Shown here piece by piece: positions 9,349-16,959 of a stretch of 19,393 nt of DNA (positions are counted from its first letter, which is position 1; each line of letters starts with the position of its first letter). The DNA comes from a virus (taxonomy: Duplodnaviria > Heunggongvirae > Uroviricota > Caudoviricetes), in IMG/VR virus record IMGVR_UViG_3300018432_000003, positions 1 through 19,393 of that record. One strand, written 5' to 3'. The position numbers and the translations under genes are program-made. The notes beneath the pieces are model-generated. The model was not told the DNA's origin and did no database searches. It worked only from the letters and a program-made list of their open reading frames with translations.

Positions 9349-9744
9349 TTACGCTCCTTGTGTTACGCTCACTGTGAACTTCCACTTGCCCTCGGCTACG
9401 GTCCACACGTCGCCGGTCAGCCCCTTGACTTGTACATCGCAGAATAGCGTTAAGTCGGCGGTGATGGGCCTTAATGCATCCAAGTCCTCACGGTTGACCT
9501 TAACGTAGACGAGGTTATCCTCCACGGTAATCTCACCGTCAGTTAGTGTCTTGCTCAGTACTGCGTCGGCGTCGTCGTCAGTTTTCAGACGCTTACCAGT
9601 GAACCACACCTCCAACGCACCAGTCTCCACTGGATACGGGTCACCAGCAGTCACACCGAGTTCCGGTACGGCTACAGGGTAGGTGGCGGTGAACTTCGCA
9701 GTCCTGTCGTTATTCGAATTTGTCTTGAAACTGAAGTTCGCCAT
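9349..9744 (-). CDS. BppU N-terminal-like (baseplate/fibre adaptor) protein
   Basis: 131 aa, TAATG-coupled to the 1068-aa gene. Beta-rich with VYVKVNREDL...LFCDVQV...WTVAEGKWKFTVSVT, the usual layout of BppU-like Ig domains. Confidence 0.6.
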   Translation of the reverse strand: MANFSFKTNSNNDRTAKFTATYPVAVPELGVTAGDPYPVETGALEVWFTGKRLKTDDDADAVLSKTLTDGEITVEDNLVYVKVNREDLDALRPITADLTLFCDVQVKGLTGDVWTVAEGKWKFTVSVTQGA

Positions 9745-12700
9745 TACGGTTCAATCACCCCTGTCGCAGATGGTATGCCTAGTAGTTGTCCTATTGCGTT
9801 CGGGCTACCGAGTAGCTCAGCCTGCGCAGTGGGTATGGCAATCAATTCCGCCGTCATGAACGGTGCGACTGTGAACCCAATGACTCTCCACTCTACACCG
9901 TCTGCCAACCCTAGTGTGTCAGTGACATCAATGAACTTGCCGACTGCCTTGCCAGTGTCATCCGTAACCGTGATTACGTCAGTGAGATTCCTCACTATGT
10001 TCTTGATGTATTCCTGGTTGTCAATCAACCCTAGCTCGTCGGTAATAGTCCACGCTAGGTGTGAAATCTTGCTGACTGCATCAGACATGCCCAAGGTGTC
10101 AGTCCGCACTATGTGTACGTCCTTAGTCCTGCTGTCTACTATGCCCACACTGTCAGTTACAGTGCGTGCAATGAGCCTGAACTTCTCGTCGTCAGCTACG
10201 TCGGTGATACCCAACGTGTCGTTGATTGTGCGCTGTATGAACGATGTCTTTACCGGCAACGTAGAATCAGCAACACCTAACGTGTCTAGGATTATACGGT
10301 TACGGGTCATCGTCTTTGTCAGTGTGTCGCTTATACCTATGCTGTCGTTGATTCCCTTAGCGATGGCCTTCGTGACTACCCTGCTGTCCTGTATGCCGAG
10401 CGTGTCGTTGACGTTCTTCACTACGTTCTTAATGACAACCCTGCTGTCTGTGACTCCGAGGTTATCTGTTATTGTACGTGTGATTATGAGTAGCAACTGC
10501 TTGCTCGCGCTGTCAGTTATACCCAACGAGTCGCTTACGGACTTCACGTACGCCTGTGACTTCAAAGTAGAATCCGTCATACCCAAGGTGTCATTCACCA
10601 CACGGGCCACTCCTTTAGAGAGAACCCTGTTGTCGGTGATGCCTAGGTTGTCGGTGATGCTCTTCGCAACCGTACGTACTACAGTCCTGCTGTCACCGAT
10701 ACCCAAGGTGTCAGTGATTGCACGCTGTACAGTCCTCACTAGTGCTCTGCTGTCTGTGATGCCTAGTGCGTCTGTGACACTCTTAGATATCACAGTAGTG
10801 ATTGCCGGGGTAGCGACATCCACTATACCCATACTGTCGGTGAGTATGCGTGTCCTAGTCATGCTCTTGTTTGCGGTGTCAGTGATGCCTAGCGCATCAG
10901 TCACACTCTTAGGCATGGTTTTCGCTCTAGTTGCCACGTCGAGCACACCGAGAGAATCGGTGATTGCACGCTGCACTGTTCTAGTGACAGTCCTGCTGTC
11001 CGTCATCCCTAGTGCATCTGTGATGGCACGTGTCAAGGTTCGCGTGACAGTCCTACTGTCTGTGATGCCAATACTGTCAGTTACAGTGAAGGACTTGCCT
11101 CTCTCCTGCGTCCTGCTGTCGTTGATACCCAACGTGTCAGTCACACTCTTCGGTAGGGTCCTAGCCCTATCCTGCGAGTCACTCAACCCTAGTGCATCCG
11201 TCACTGCCTTCGCTACGGACTTCACCGTATTCGCACTATCTGACAACCCTAGGGTGTCGGTGATAGTCTTAGTGATGGCTTGCACTTGCGTGAGTTCTGC
11301 GTTCCACTCGACTGCATCGAATTCAACTGCGCCACCTGGGACACCAGTGCCGATGAGCCATACTTCGGCGTTGTTCTTGTCGGTGAACACATTGTTATTG
11401 AAGAACCCACTGAGTACAGTTACCGTACCTGACGACGTTACTGCCGTGTCCGGTATTGGTGTCGCAAGTACAGTCCCACTTGCGTTCTCGTGTATCTCAG
11501 CGCGTACAGTCGGATTACCCGCACCTGAGTCCGGTGTACCCTTCCTGTTCACTGCCAGTCTAATCTCACCACTGCTGGCACCGCTTGCGAGTCCTCCCGC
11601 TGGATTACCTAGCAATACCTCCGCCTTGGTATTTAACGTAGTACCTGGGATTATGTACGTCACAGTCACCTGTACACGGTACAGTTCCAAGGTGGCCGAG
11701 TTCGACCTACGCCATCTCAACCTGATACCGAACGTACCAGACACTAGCTGTGCCCTGGTGGGTACGGCATTCAAGGCAGGCACGGTGTTTGCACCGTAAT
11801 CAGCTACCGTAGTACCTAGGGGTGTTCCACCGTCTGCCTGTCCTTCAGCGCCTATGACGGTACCGCCGTTTGCGGTCATGGCCTGCATGAACAGAGATAT
11901 CCTGTTGTTTGTGGTCGCCCTAGCCCTAACCCTGAGAGTCATACCAGTTATCACCGCATTCGCTGGCAAACCAGTGAAGTCAGCAGCAGGGAACTGGAAG
12001 TATCTACCGTAGTCTACGTTGTTAGTTGCCGGTGCGTGAGTAGCGGCAGTAGCGTCCGACGTATCGAACACGTTCGCCTCGCTCGTCAACGTAGTTGCAG
12101 TGAATCCCGTCACCGCCAGTGATGGTGTGTTCGGGTCCTGTGCAGGGTGAGTACCACCACTCCCCGTAGGGTCTGCTAACGTCAACGGGTCCAGCAATGT
12201 AGACTGGTCCGGGTCCTCCGCCAAAGCAGCAGCAGCCGGGGGGTCTACATTCGGATTATACGCTGCCGACACGTTCCTAGTGGCAGTCGGCCTCATCGTT
12301 TCCCTGCTAGGTTCCAACGCAAACGTCATAGCGTGGCTGTTCGCACTAACATCTATAGTGAAATTACCAGGGTCCTCAGATGTTGCTGCCAGTTCTCTGA
12401 AAGCCCAAGCCATCGCCTGCGCTGCACCGTGACTAGTTGTTATGCTCCCGGTGTTGACGTAACCACTCGGGAATCCTGTGAAAGTCCTCGTGCCTGCGTT
12501 AGCAGTGGAGAACGCCAACCAGAGATATTCCTTCAACCCGAACGACGGTATCAAGTTCGGTGGGTCCGGTGTAGTAGTACCTATGAATGAACCAGCAGCC
12601 TCTAAGTTACCAGACCATCCACGCAGTCTGAACACTACCACTGAGGGGTCGCCCGCAGCAGCAGGAGTCTCTATGTTTATACCTTCAGTGGCAGATATAG

Positions 12701-12950
12701 CACCAGTGACAGGAACCATGTATGCTCCGAAGTACACCTGAGTGCCGTTACGTAGTGAGTACTTTTTCTCAGCAGCAAGTGTGTCGAAAGTAATTGGGTC
12801 GTCACTGACCTGACCTTTCACACCTATGCATATTAGGAGTTTCTCTCCTATGACAGAACCAGTGTCCAGGTTTATGTTGTATTCCGCTTGGCTGAACGTC
12901 CCTGTTGGCAGGGTTAATGCTGGCGTGCCCTGTAACTGTGGGTGTGCCAT
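9744..12950 (-). CDS. Large putative tail fibre/adhesin with globular N-terminal domains and a 20-aa repeat shaft
   Basis: 1068 aa, GGGAGG SD, no signal peptide. Thr/Ala/Gly-rich beta domains in aa 1-560, then tandem TD-x-LG-x-x-D repeats. Confidence 0.7.
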   Translation of the reverse strand: MAHPQLQGTPALTLPTGTFSQAEYNINLDTGSVIGEKLLICIGVKGQVSDDPITFDTLAAEKKYSLRNGTQVYFGAYMVPVTGAISATEGINIETPAAAGDPSVVVFRLRGWSGNLEAAGSFIGTTTPDPPNLIPSFGLKEYLWLAFSTANAGTRTFTGFPSGYVNTGSITTSHGAAQAMAWAFRELAATSEDPGNFTIDVSANSHAMTFALEPSRETMRPTATRNVSAAYNPNVDPPAAAALAEDPDQSTLLDPLTLADPTGSGGTHPAQDPNTPSLAVTGFTATTLTSEANVFDTSDATAATHAPATNNVDYGRYFQFPAADFTGLPANAVITGMTLRVRARATTNNRISLFMQAMTANGGTVIGAEGQADGGTPLGTTVADYGANTVPALNAVPTRAQLVSGTFGIRLRWRRSNSATLELYRVQVTVTYIIPGTTLNTKAEVLLGNPAGGLASGASSGEIRLAVNRKGTPDSGAGNPTVRAEIHENASGTVLATPIPDTAVTSSGTVTVLSGFFNNNVFTDKNNAEVWLIGTGVPGGAVEFDAVEWNAELTQVQAITKTITDTLGLSDSANTVKSVAKAVTDALGLSDSQDRARTLPKSVTDTLGINDSRTQERGKSFTVTDSIGITDSRTVTRTLTRAITDALGMTDSRTVTRTVQRAITDSLGVLDVATRAKTMPKSVTDALGITDTANKSMTRTRILTDSMGIVDVATPAITTVISKSVTDALGITDSRALVRTVQRAITDTLGIGDSRTVVRTVAKSITDNLGITDNRVLSKGVARVVNDTLGMTDSTLKSQAYVKSVSDSLGITDSASKQLLLIITRTITDNLGVTDSRVVIKNVVKNVNDTLGIQDSRVVTKAIAKGINDSIGISDTLTKTMTRNRIILDTLGVADSTLPVKTSFIQRTINDTLGITDVADDEKFRLIARTVTDSVGIVDSRTKDVHIVRTDTLGMSDAVSKISHLAWTITDELGLIDNQEYIKNIVRNLTDVITVTDDTGKAVGKFIDVTDTLGLADGVEWRVIGFTVAPFMTAELIAIPTAQAELLGSPNAIGQLLGIPSATGVIEP
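9900..11270 (-). repeat. About 23 imperfect tandem 20-aa (60-nt) coding repeats
   Basis: Units such as KTITDTLGLSDSANTVKSVA / KAVTDALGLSDSQDRARTLP / KSVTDTLGINDSRTQERGKS. A few units are 18 or 22 aa. Confidence 0.9.
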
Positions 12951-12959
12951 ACTGCCTCC

Positions 12960-15092
12960 CTAGAAGTTATCGTGGCAGTATACCTTACCGTTATTGAACC
13001 CTGCTGCCGTCTTGCACCCTGCCGTTATGTCAGTACCGTTGAATCTTACCTTCTCACTGCCGATGTTATTGTTGTATGCCTCTGCATTAAGCATGTCAGT
13101 CCTGTGGTCTGCTCCATCACTGAACTGCAACGCCCTCAGATTAGGGCCGTACGACACTCCACCGAAGGTAGCCGCACCGAAAGTGTTACCCCTCGCAGTG
13201 CAGTTCTGTGCGTCGTGGCATATGAATCCTGCTCCGTCACTTGCGTTGAATCCATTACCAGCGAACACGTTGTTCTCAATCAGTGAAGTCTCTGCTGTAG
13301 ATACCTGACCAGGGTCAAGTTGAGGACTGAACTCGTAACGAACACCGCTCCTACCGTTGTTGGCGAATGCACTGTCATGAATCCAGTAACCGTTCGTGCG
13401 TGCTGCGATGTTGTCGCAACCAACGTCACACCACAACCCTACTGCGGGGTTATCGTGTACCCATACCCTGTCGAACTCTGCTTCCTTAACGCTCTTACCT
13501 ACACTCGATGCCCAACCCCATGCATTCGGGTCGTACCCGCAGTTAGTGAACTCAGACCTACGTACAATCCCCGACATACCGGCGATGCACTGCACTGGTC
13601 CGTCCTTCACTTCCACGTGGTCTAGCACCGTCCCTGGTCCAGACTCGCCTAGTCCCAACACGTTACCGCTGCCTGTTACAATGCAGTAATCTGGTCCTGG
13701 GTTCCTGTCCGTGCAGCGAGGGTCGTCGAACGCCACGTCAGTCATTAGCTGGTGGTGTCCAGTCCATTCGTGCCACGTCATTGTGAAGTTTGCACCAGTC
13801 TGCGCTGTAAGCATCCTAGTAATCGTCGGTCCTGGGTCGGAAGTGTAGATATGCACACCGTTGTTAGGGTCAACCCCTGGTCCCTTCGGTGAGGTAGTTC
13901 CAGGTTGTCCCTCGAAGAAGTCACCTTCCTGCGCTACCACTGTAGTGCTGCCAGTGTTGTAGTCTCCATTCTCAACGCAGAAGTGTGCGCCCGCTGGTGT
14001 GTTATTTACGATAGATGCATAATCATCACCATTGCGTATCTTAGTACCCTCGCAAGTGTCAATCCATGCCTGCTGAGGAACACCGCCTACGTTAGTGTTG
14101 TTCTGTAGTGTAGTCCCACAGCCGTTTGCACACAACTGAATCCTGTCACCACCGAGGTCATTGTTAGACACTAGGTTGTTGGAGTTCACAGGTGCTCTTG
14201 CATCATCCAGTATTCTTATGCCTTGTCCGTTGTTCAACTCAGTGTGTCCGTCGAATGTGTTGTTGTTAACAGTCACGTCACTGGCTGAATTGATTAAGAA
14301 CCCTAGGTGTTGATTAGCTGGAGCCAGCCACCCATTAGATGTGAAGGTGTTTCCTTCAATCAGACAAGTGTTCAAGCAGTCAGTGATTTCAACTGACACC
14401 CCACCCTTGCCATTGTTAGTGAAGTCTGAATTCTGAATGTCAAAGTCGTCACACTGGATGTCGCACCATGCACCCATCCACCTGTTGTCCTTGACATCTA
14501 CATTATCGAGAGTTGCTGAACTTACAGTCTTGAGTCCCGCCGCTGATACTGGACCTTCACTCTCTCCTGAGAATACGGTGCTGCCGTTTGCATCAAGAAT
14601 AGAGTCTTGTATCAACAACCCTGGTCCGGTTCCGCCAACTCCTTGGTTCTCGTTACCAGTCGCTCTTACATCCTTGATTGTAAGGTTACTGCCTCCACCG
14701 CCGATTCCACGCCCACAGTCTGGTGAGCAGTCCTCATTACCCACAGCGCCAGTGACCGTCAACCCTTGTATCAGGGCACCACTGCCACTGCTAGTGTCGA
14801 AGATGTGCTGTGCCGTAGTGGTCGAAACCCTCGGCCTAGTGTTGTCAGAGTATGCGCCAATCCACTGGTCACCATTCTGTACAGGTATATCACTGTCAAC
14901 AGTGTACCTTCCGTCACGCAGACAGAATAAGCTACCAGCCTCTCGGTTGTTTGCTACGTTAACGAGATTACTCCCGGATGATACGTTCGGTGTACATGCA
15001 GTTGGGGGTTTTGGTGCGGCTACAGCGGTCGCTGCAAAGAGTAGGGAAGTGCAGATGATAAGAATGAATACAAGTAGTACGCGCTTCGTCAT
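12960..15092 (-). CDS. Secreted protein with two right-handed parallel beta-helix (pectin lyase-like) domains, 710 aa
   Basis: Start revised to ATG 15092 (GAGGTG upstream) because the track start lies in tRNA-Gln. Signal peptide MTKRVLLVFILIICTSLLFAATAVAA. Asn/Gly ladders and many Cys. The two halves begin similarly (...AGSLFCLRDGRY / ...AGAHFCVENGDY). Confidence 0.85.
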   Translation of the reverse strand: MTKRVLLVFILIICTSLLFAATAVAAPKPPTACTPNVSSGSNLVNVANNREAGSLFCLRDGRYTVDSDIPVQNGDQWIGAYSDNTRPRVSTTTAQHIFDTSSGSGALIQGLTVTGAVGNEDCSPDCGRGIGGGGSNLTIKDVRATGNENQGVGGTGPGLLIQDSILDANGSTVFSGESEGPVSAAGLKTVSSATLDNVDVKDNRWMGAWCDIQCDDFDIQNSDFTNNGKGGVSVEITDCLNTCLIEGNTFTSNGWLAPANQHLGFLINSASDVTVNNNTFDGHTELNNGQGIRILDDARAPVNSNNLVSNNDLGGDRIQLCANGCGTTLQNNTNVGGVPQQAWIDTCEGTKIRNGDDYASIVNNTPAGAHFCVENGDYNTGSTTVVAQEGDFFEGQPGTTSPKGPGVDPNNGVHIYTSDPGPTITRMLTAQTGANFTMTWHEWTGHHQLMTDVAFDDPRCTDRNPGPDYCIVTGSGNVLGLGESGPGTVLDHVEVKDGPVQCIAGMSGIVRRSEFTNCGYDPNAWGWASSVGKSVKEAEFDRVWVHDNPAVGLWCDVGCDNIAARTNGYWIHDSAFANNGRSGVRYEFSPQLDPGQVSTAETSLIENNVFAGNGFNASDGAGFICHDAQNCTARGNTFGAATFGGVSYGPNLRALQFSDGADHRTDMLNAEAYNNNIGSEKVRFNGTDITAGCKTAAGFNNGKVYCHDNF

Positions 15093-15133
15093 ATACACCT
15101 CGAAAACTGAATGATAGTATTGAACAATGAAAG

Positions 15134-15208
15134 TTGCACCGGAAGGAATCGAACCTTCGACATTGTGGTTCAAAGCCACAACACCAATGCCAGCATAGTA
15201 ACAGTGCA
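15134..15208 (-). tRNA. tRNA-Gln(TTG)
   Basis: Acceptor TGCACTG/CGGTGCA, anticodon arm TGTGG-CTTTGAA-CCACA, T-loop TTCGATT; no CCA. Confidence 0.9.
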
Positions 15209-15213
15209 ATGCG

Positions 15214-15581
15214 GATTATACTTGGGTATAGGCGGGGTTCTGTATTAACCTAGCATCCATCTGAGCCTCTACCCGTTTCCTATGTAGGCCATTTTCTTGG
15301 GCAAGAAAACGGTCGCATACAGGAAACTGTTTGAGTTGCACACGCCGGAGATTGCCTGCGTCATGGTATTACCCACAACCCTGCCCTTGTTCGGTGCGCT
15401 TGGCACCATCTCGGCTGGACAGCTTTCAGTAAGTGCCTACCTTACCTTCTCTCTGTTGCTCTTATCGTCTACAGCCATCACTGACTGCATCCCCACCTTA
15501 TTAGGGTGAGCGGTTTTAGTGTGCCCCGACCTTCCTCGATAGGGGAAAGTCCCTACCGCGCTAGGAGAGCCAAGTATAATC
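15214..15581 (-). ncRNA. rnpB: RNase P RNA (bacterial type-A-like, lacking P18 and P19)
   Basis: 12-bp P1 (15570-15581/15214-15225). P2 CCTAGCG/TGCTAGG. P3 hairpin. P4 pseudoknot GAGGAAGGTCGGGGC ... ACAGAACCCCGCCTA with the bulged U. P5 CACAC/GTGTG. P8; P9 with GUGA loop. CR-II GCAACAGAGAG. P12 then TGAAAG. P13 GGTGC/GCACC. P14 with GTAA. GCAGGCAATCTCC. P15 CTC/GAG with L15 AAACA/GGGTA. P16/P17. AGATGGATG before P2. Confidence 0.92.
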
Positions 15582-15585
15582 TAAG

Positions 15586-15657
15586 TCGGCACGGTGAGAA
15601 TCGAACTCACGACTTCCGCTTTATCAGAACGGCGCTCTACCCCTGAACTACGTGCCA
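15586..15657 (-). tRNA. tRNA-Ile(GAT)
   Basis: Acceptor TGGCACG/CGTGCCG, D stem GTTC/GAGC, anticodon arm CCGTT-CTGATAA-AGCGG, TTCGATT; no CCA. Confidence 0.92.
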
Positions 15658-15857
15658 GTGCGTACTAAATCTTCCCTGTCGAATACAGGCTCCCAATCCT
15701 CATCCACTAAGGTGACCGATGGATACCCTGCAATGTGCAAGAACCCTCCGGTAGTGGAGATGACGGGCTGTATGCTATTCTTAGGGAAAGTCTTGTTAAT
15801 CATCATCTTGGCTCGGAGCAACCGCACCCTAAATTGCATGGGTTCGTGGTCGCTCAT
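15648..15857 (-). CDS. Hypothetical protein (69 aa)
   Basis: AAAGGA SD. Fills the spacer between tRNA-Gly and tRNA-Ile; the TAG stop is positions 8-10 of tRNA-Ile. Confidence 0.65.
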   Translation of the reverse strand: MSDHEPMQFRVRLLRAKMMINKTFPKNSIQPVISTTGGFLHIAGYPSVTLVDEDWEPVFDREDLVRTGT

Positions 15858-15891
15858 ATCGGGTGGTCCTTTCCAAGTGATGTACTAAAAG

Positions 15892-15963
15892 AAGGGCATA
15901 CGAGAGTCGAACTCGTGACACTTGGGTGGAAGCCAAGTACGTTACCAGCTACGCCAATGCCCC
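15892..15963 (-). tRNA. tRNA-Gly(TCC)
   Basis: Acceptor GGGGCAT/ATGCCCT, U73, anticodon arm CTTGG-CTTCCAC-CCAAG, TTCGACT; no CCA. Confidence 0.92.
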
Positions 15964-16170
15964 AAATTGTGAGTCATACATGAATGATGCATCAGCGACT
16001 CCATTAGCCGCCTTGTTCTTTCCTTCTTCCTTCAGAACCTCAGCTACGGTCCCTGCCGTGATGTTCGGTCCATATCGCGTGACTATACGTAGGTTCCTTA
16101 CTGCTGCCTTGTTCTCTTCCGAGAGTTGGGCCTCCACATCCTTGTAGAGTACCGTATCCTCAACACCCAT
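15949..16170 (-). CDS. Hypothetical protein (73 aa)
   Basis: AAAGGA SD; stop TAG lies in the D arm of tRNA-Gly(TCC). Confidence 0.7.
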   Translation of the reverse strand: MGVEDTVLYKDVEAQLSEENKAAVRNLRIVTRYGPNITAGTVAEVLKEEGKNKAANGVADASFMYDSQFGALA

Positions 16171-16193
16171 AGTATAATCCTTTCGATTGTGAG

Positions 16194-16265
16194 TGTGGCT
16201 TACGGGAATCGAACCCGTCTTTCAGCGTTGGCAACGCCACGTAATAGCCGATATACCAAAGCCAC
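16194..16265 (-). tRNA. tRNA-Gly(GCC)
   Basis: Acceptor GTGGCTT/AAGCCAC, anticodon loop TTGCCAA with a weak stem (two G-U pairs), TTCGATT; A73; no CCA. Confidence 0.85.
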
Positions 16266-16268
16266 ATA

Positions 16269-16517
16269 TTACCAGAACTTCCACCAAGGTGTGGTCGCTT
16301 CCTTCCACAACCTCTCTGCAAGTCGTCTTGTGTCGTCATACTCAATGAATGAGTAGTAGGGTCGTTCCCCTTCCCATCCTTGCCGGAAGAACACTCGTAT
16401 GTGGTCGCCCCTGTCCTCTGACCCGTCCATGTGCATGTACATCATGCGGTGCCAGTTCAGGACCTCGATGCGCCCATACTTTTCGAGTGTATCCTTATGT
16501 AAGTCTACGTACCACAT
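16269..16517 (-). CDS. Hypothetical protein (82 aa, aromatic-rich)
   Basis: Exactly fills the Arg(CCT)-Gly(GCC) spacer; ATG 2 nt after the tRNA discriminator. Confidence 0.7.
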   Translation of the reverse strand: MWYVDLHKDTLEKYGRIEVLNWHRMMYMHMDGSEDRGDHIRVFFRQGWEGERPYYSFIEYDDTRRLAERLWKEATTPWWKFW

Positions 16518-16519
16518 AG

Positions 16520-16593
16520 CCTTCCTAGTAGGAGTCGAACCTACGGCCTACCGCTTAGGAGGCGGTCGCTCTGTCCATCTGAGCTATAGGAAG
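16520..16593 (-). tRNA. tRNA-Arg(CCT)
   Basis: Acceptor CTTCCTA/TAGGAAG, D stem GCTC/GAGC, anticodon arm ACCGC-CTCCTAA-GCGGT, TTCGACT; G73; no CCA. Confidence 0.93.
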
Positions 16594-16881
16594 TCACTTG
16601 TGCGTGAACATGCTCTCAAGGATTTGGTACCAACCCTCGTCGCTCTGTATCACGTCTTGCTGTATTAGGACGGGGTACTCGGTCAGTACTATGACCCAAC
16701 GTAGAGTCTGCATGTCTTTCCAACTCCATCGTATGTGCCAACCCTTATACTTCTCGGGGATGATGTAGTCCAACCAGCTTGCACCCTCTGGGAGTTCTTC
16801 CTTCCACTCAGGCTTAGGCCAGCGACGGTACTCGTCCTCTGGGAACTCAATTACCACTATGTCGTCTGTTATCTCTATCAT
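16594..16881 (-). CDS. Hypothetical protein (95 aa, Trp-rich)
   Basis: Start revised to ATG 16881 (MIEITDDIVVIEF...), since the track start is inside tRNA-Arg(TCT). Stop abuts tRNA-Arg(CCT) with a 0-nt gap. Confidence 0.7.
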   Translation of the reverse strand: MIEITDDIVVIEFPEDEYRRWPKPEWKEELPEGASWLDYIIPEKYKGWHIRWSWKDMQTLRWVIVLTEYPVLIQQDVIQSDEGWYQILESMFTHK

Positions 16882-16883
16882 AG

Positions 16884-16956
16884 CACGCCCCGTAGGAATC
16901 GAACCCACATAATCCAGCTTAGAAGGCTGGCGCATTCTCCGTTCTGCCAGAGGCGC
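16884..16956 (-). tRNA. tRNA-Arg(TCT)
   Basis: Acceptor GCGCCTC/GGGGCGT, anticodon arm CCAGC-CTTCTAA-GCTGG, TTCGATT; G73; no CCA. Confidence 0.92.
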
Positions 16957-16959
16957 ATG

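Noticed and set aside
9775-11799. 674-aa plus-strand ORF antisense to the repeat protein
   Set aside because: It is a shadow frame. In this register a stop needs a Tyr codon, or His/Gln after T, on the minus strand, and the repeat region is poor in these. The product is low-complexity S/V/T/L.
15297-15509. 70-aa plus-strand ORF
   Set aside because: It is antisense to the RNase P RNA, has no SD, and opposes the uniform minus-strand orientation.
15215-15580. TATAAT hexamers at 15215-15220 (minus) and 15575-15580 (plus) as promoters
   Set aside because: Neither has a -35 box. They are the two complementary strands of the RNase P P1 helix (GATTATACTTGG/CCAAGTATAATC).
16070-16115. KAAVRNLRIVTR in the 73-aa ORF resembles the RnpA RNR motif (KAVxRNRxKR)
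   Set aside because: Only about five residues match, the basic RxKR part is missing, and the protein is short and acidic. No RnpA is supportable in this window; an HHpred/Foldseek search would settle it.
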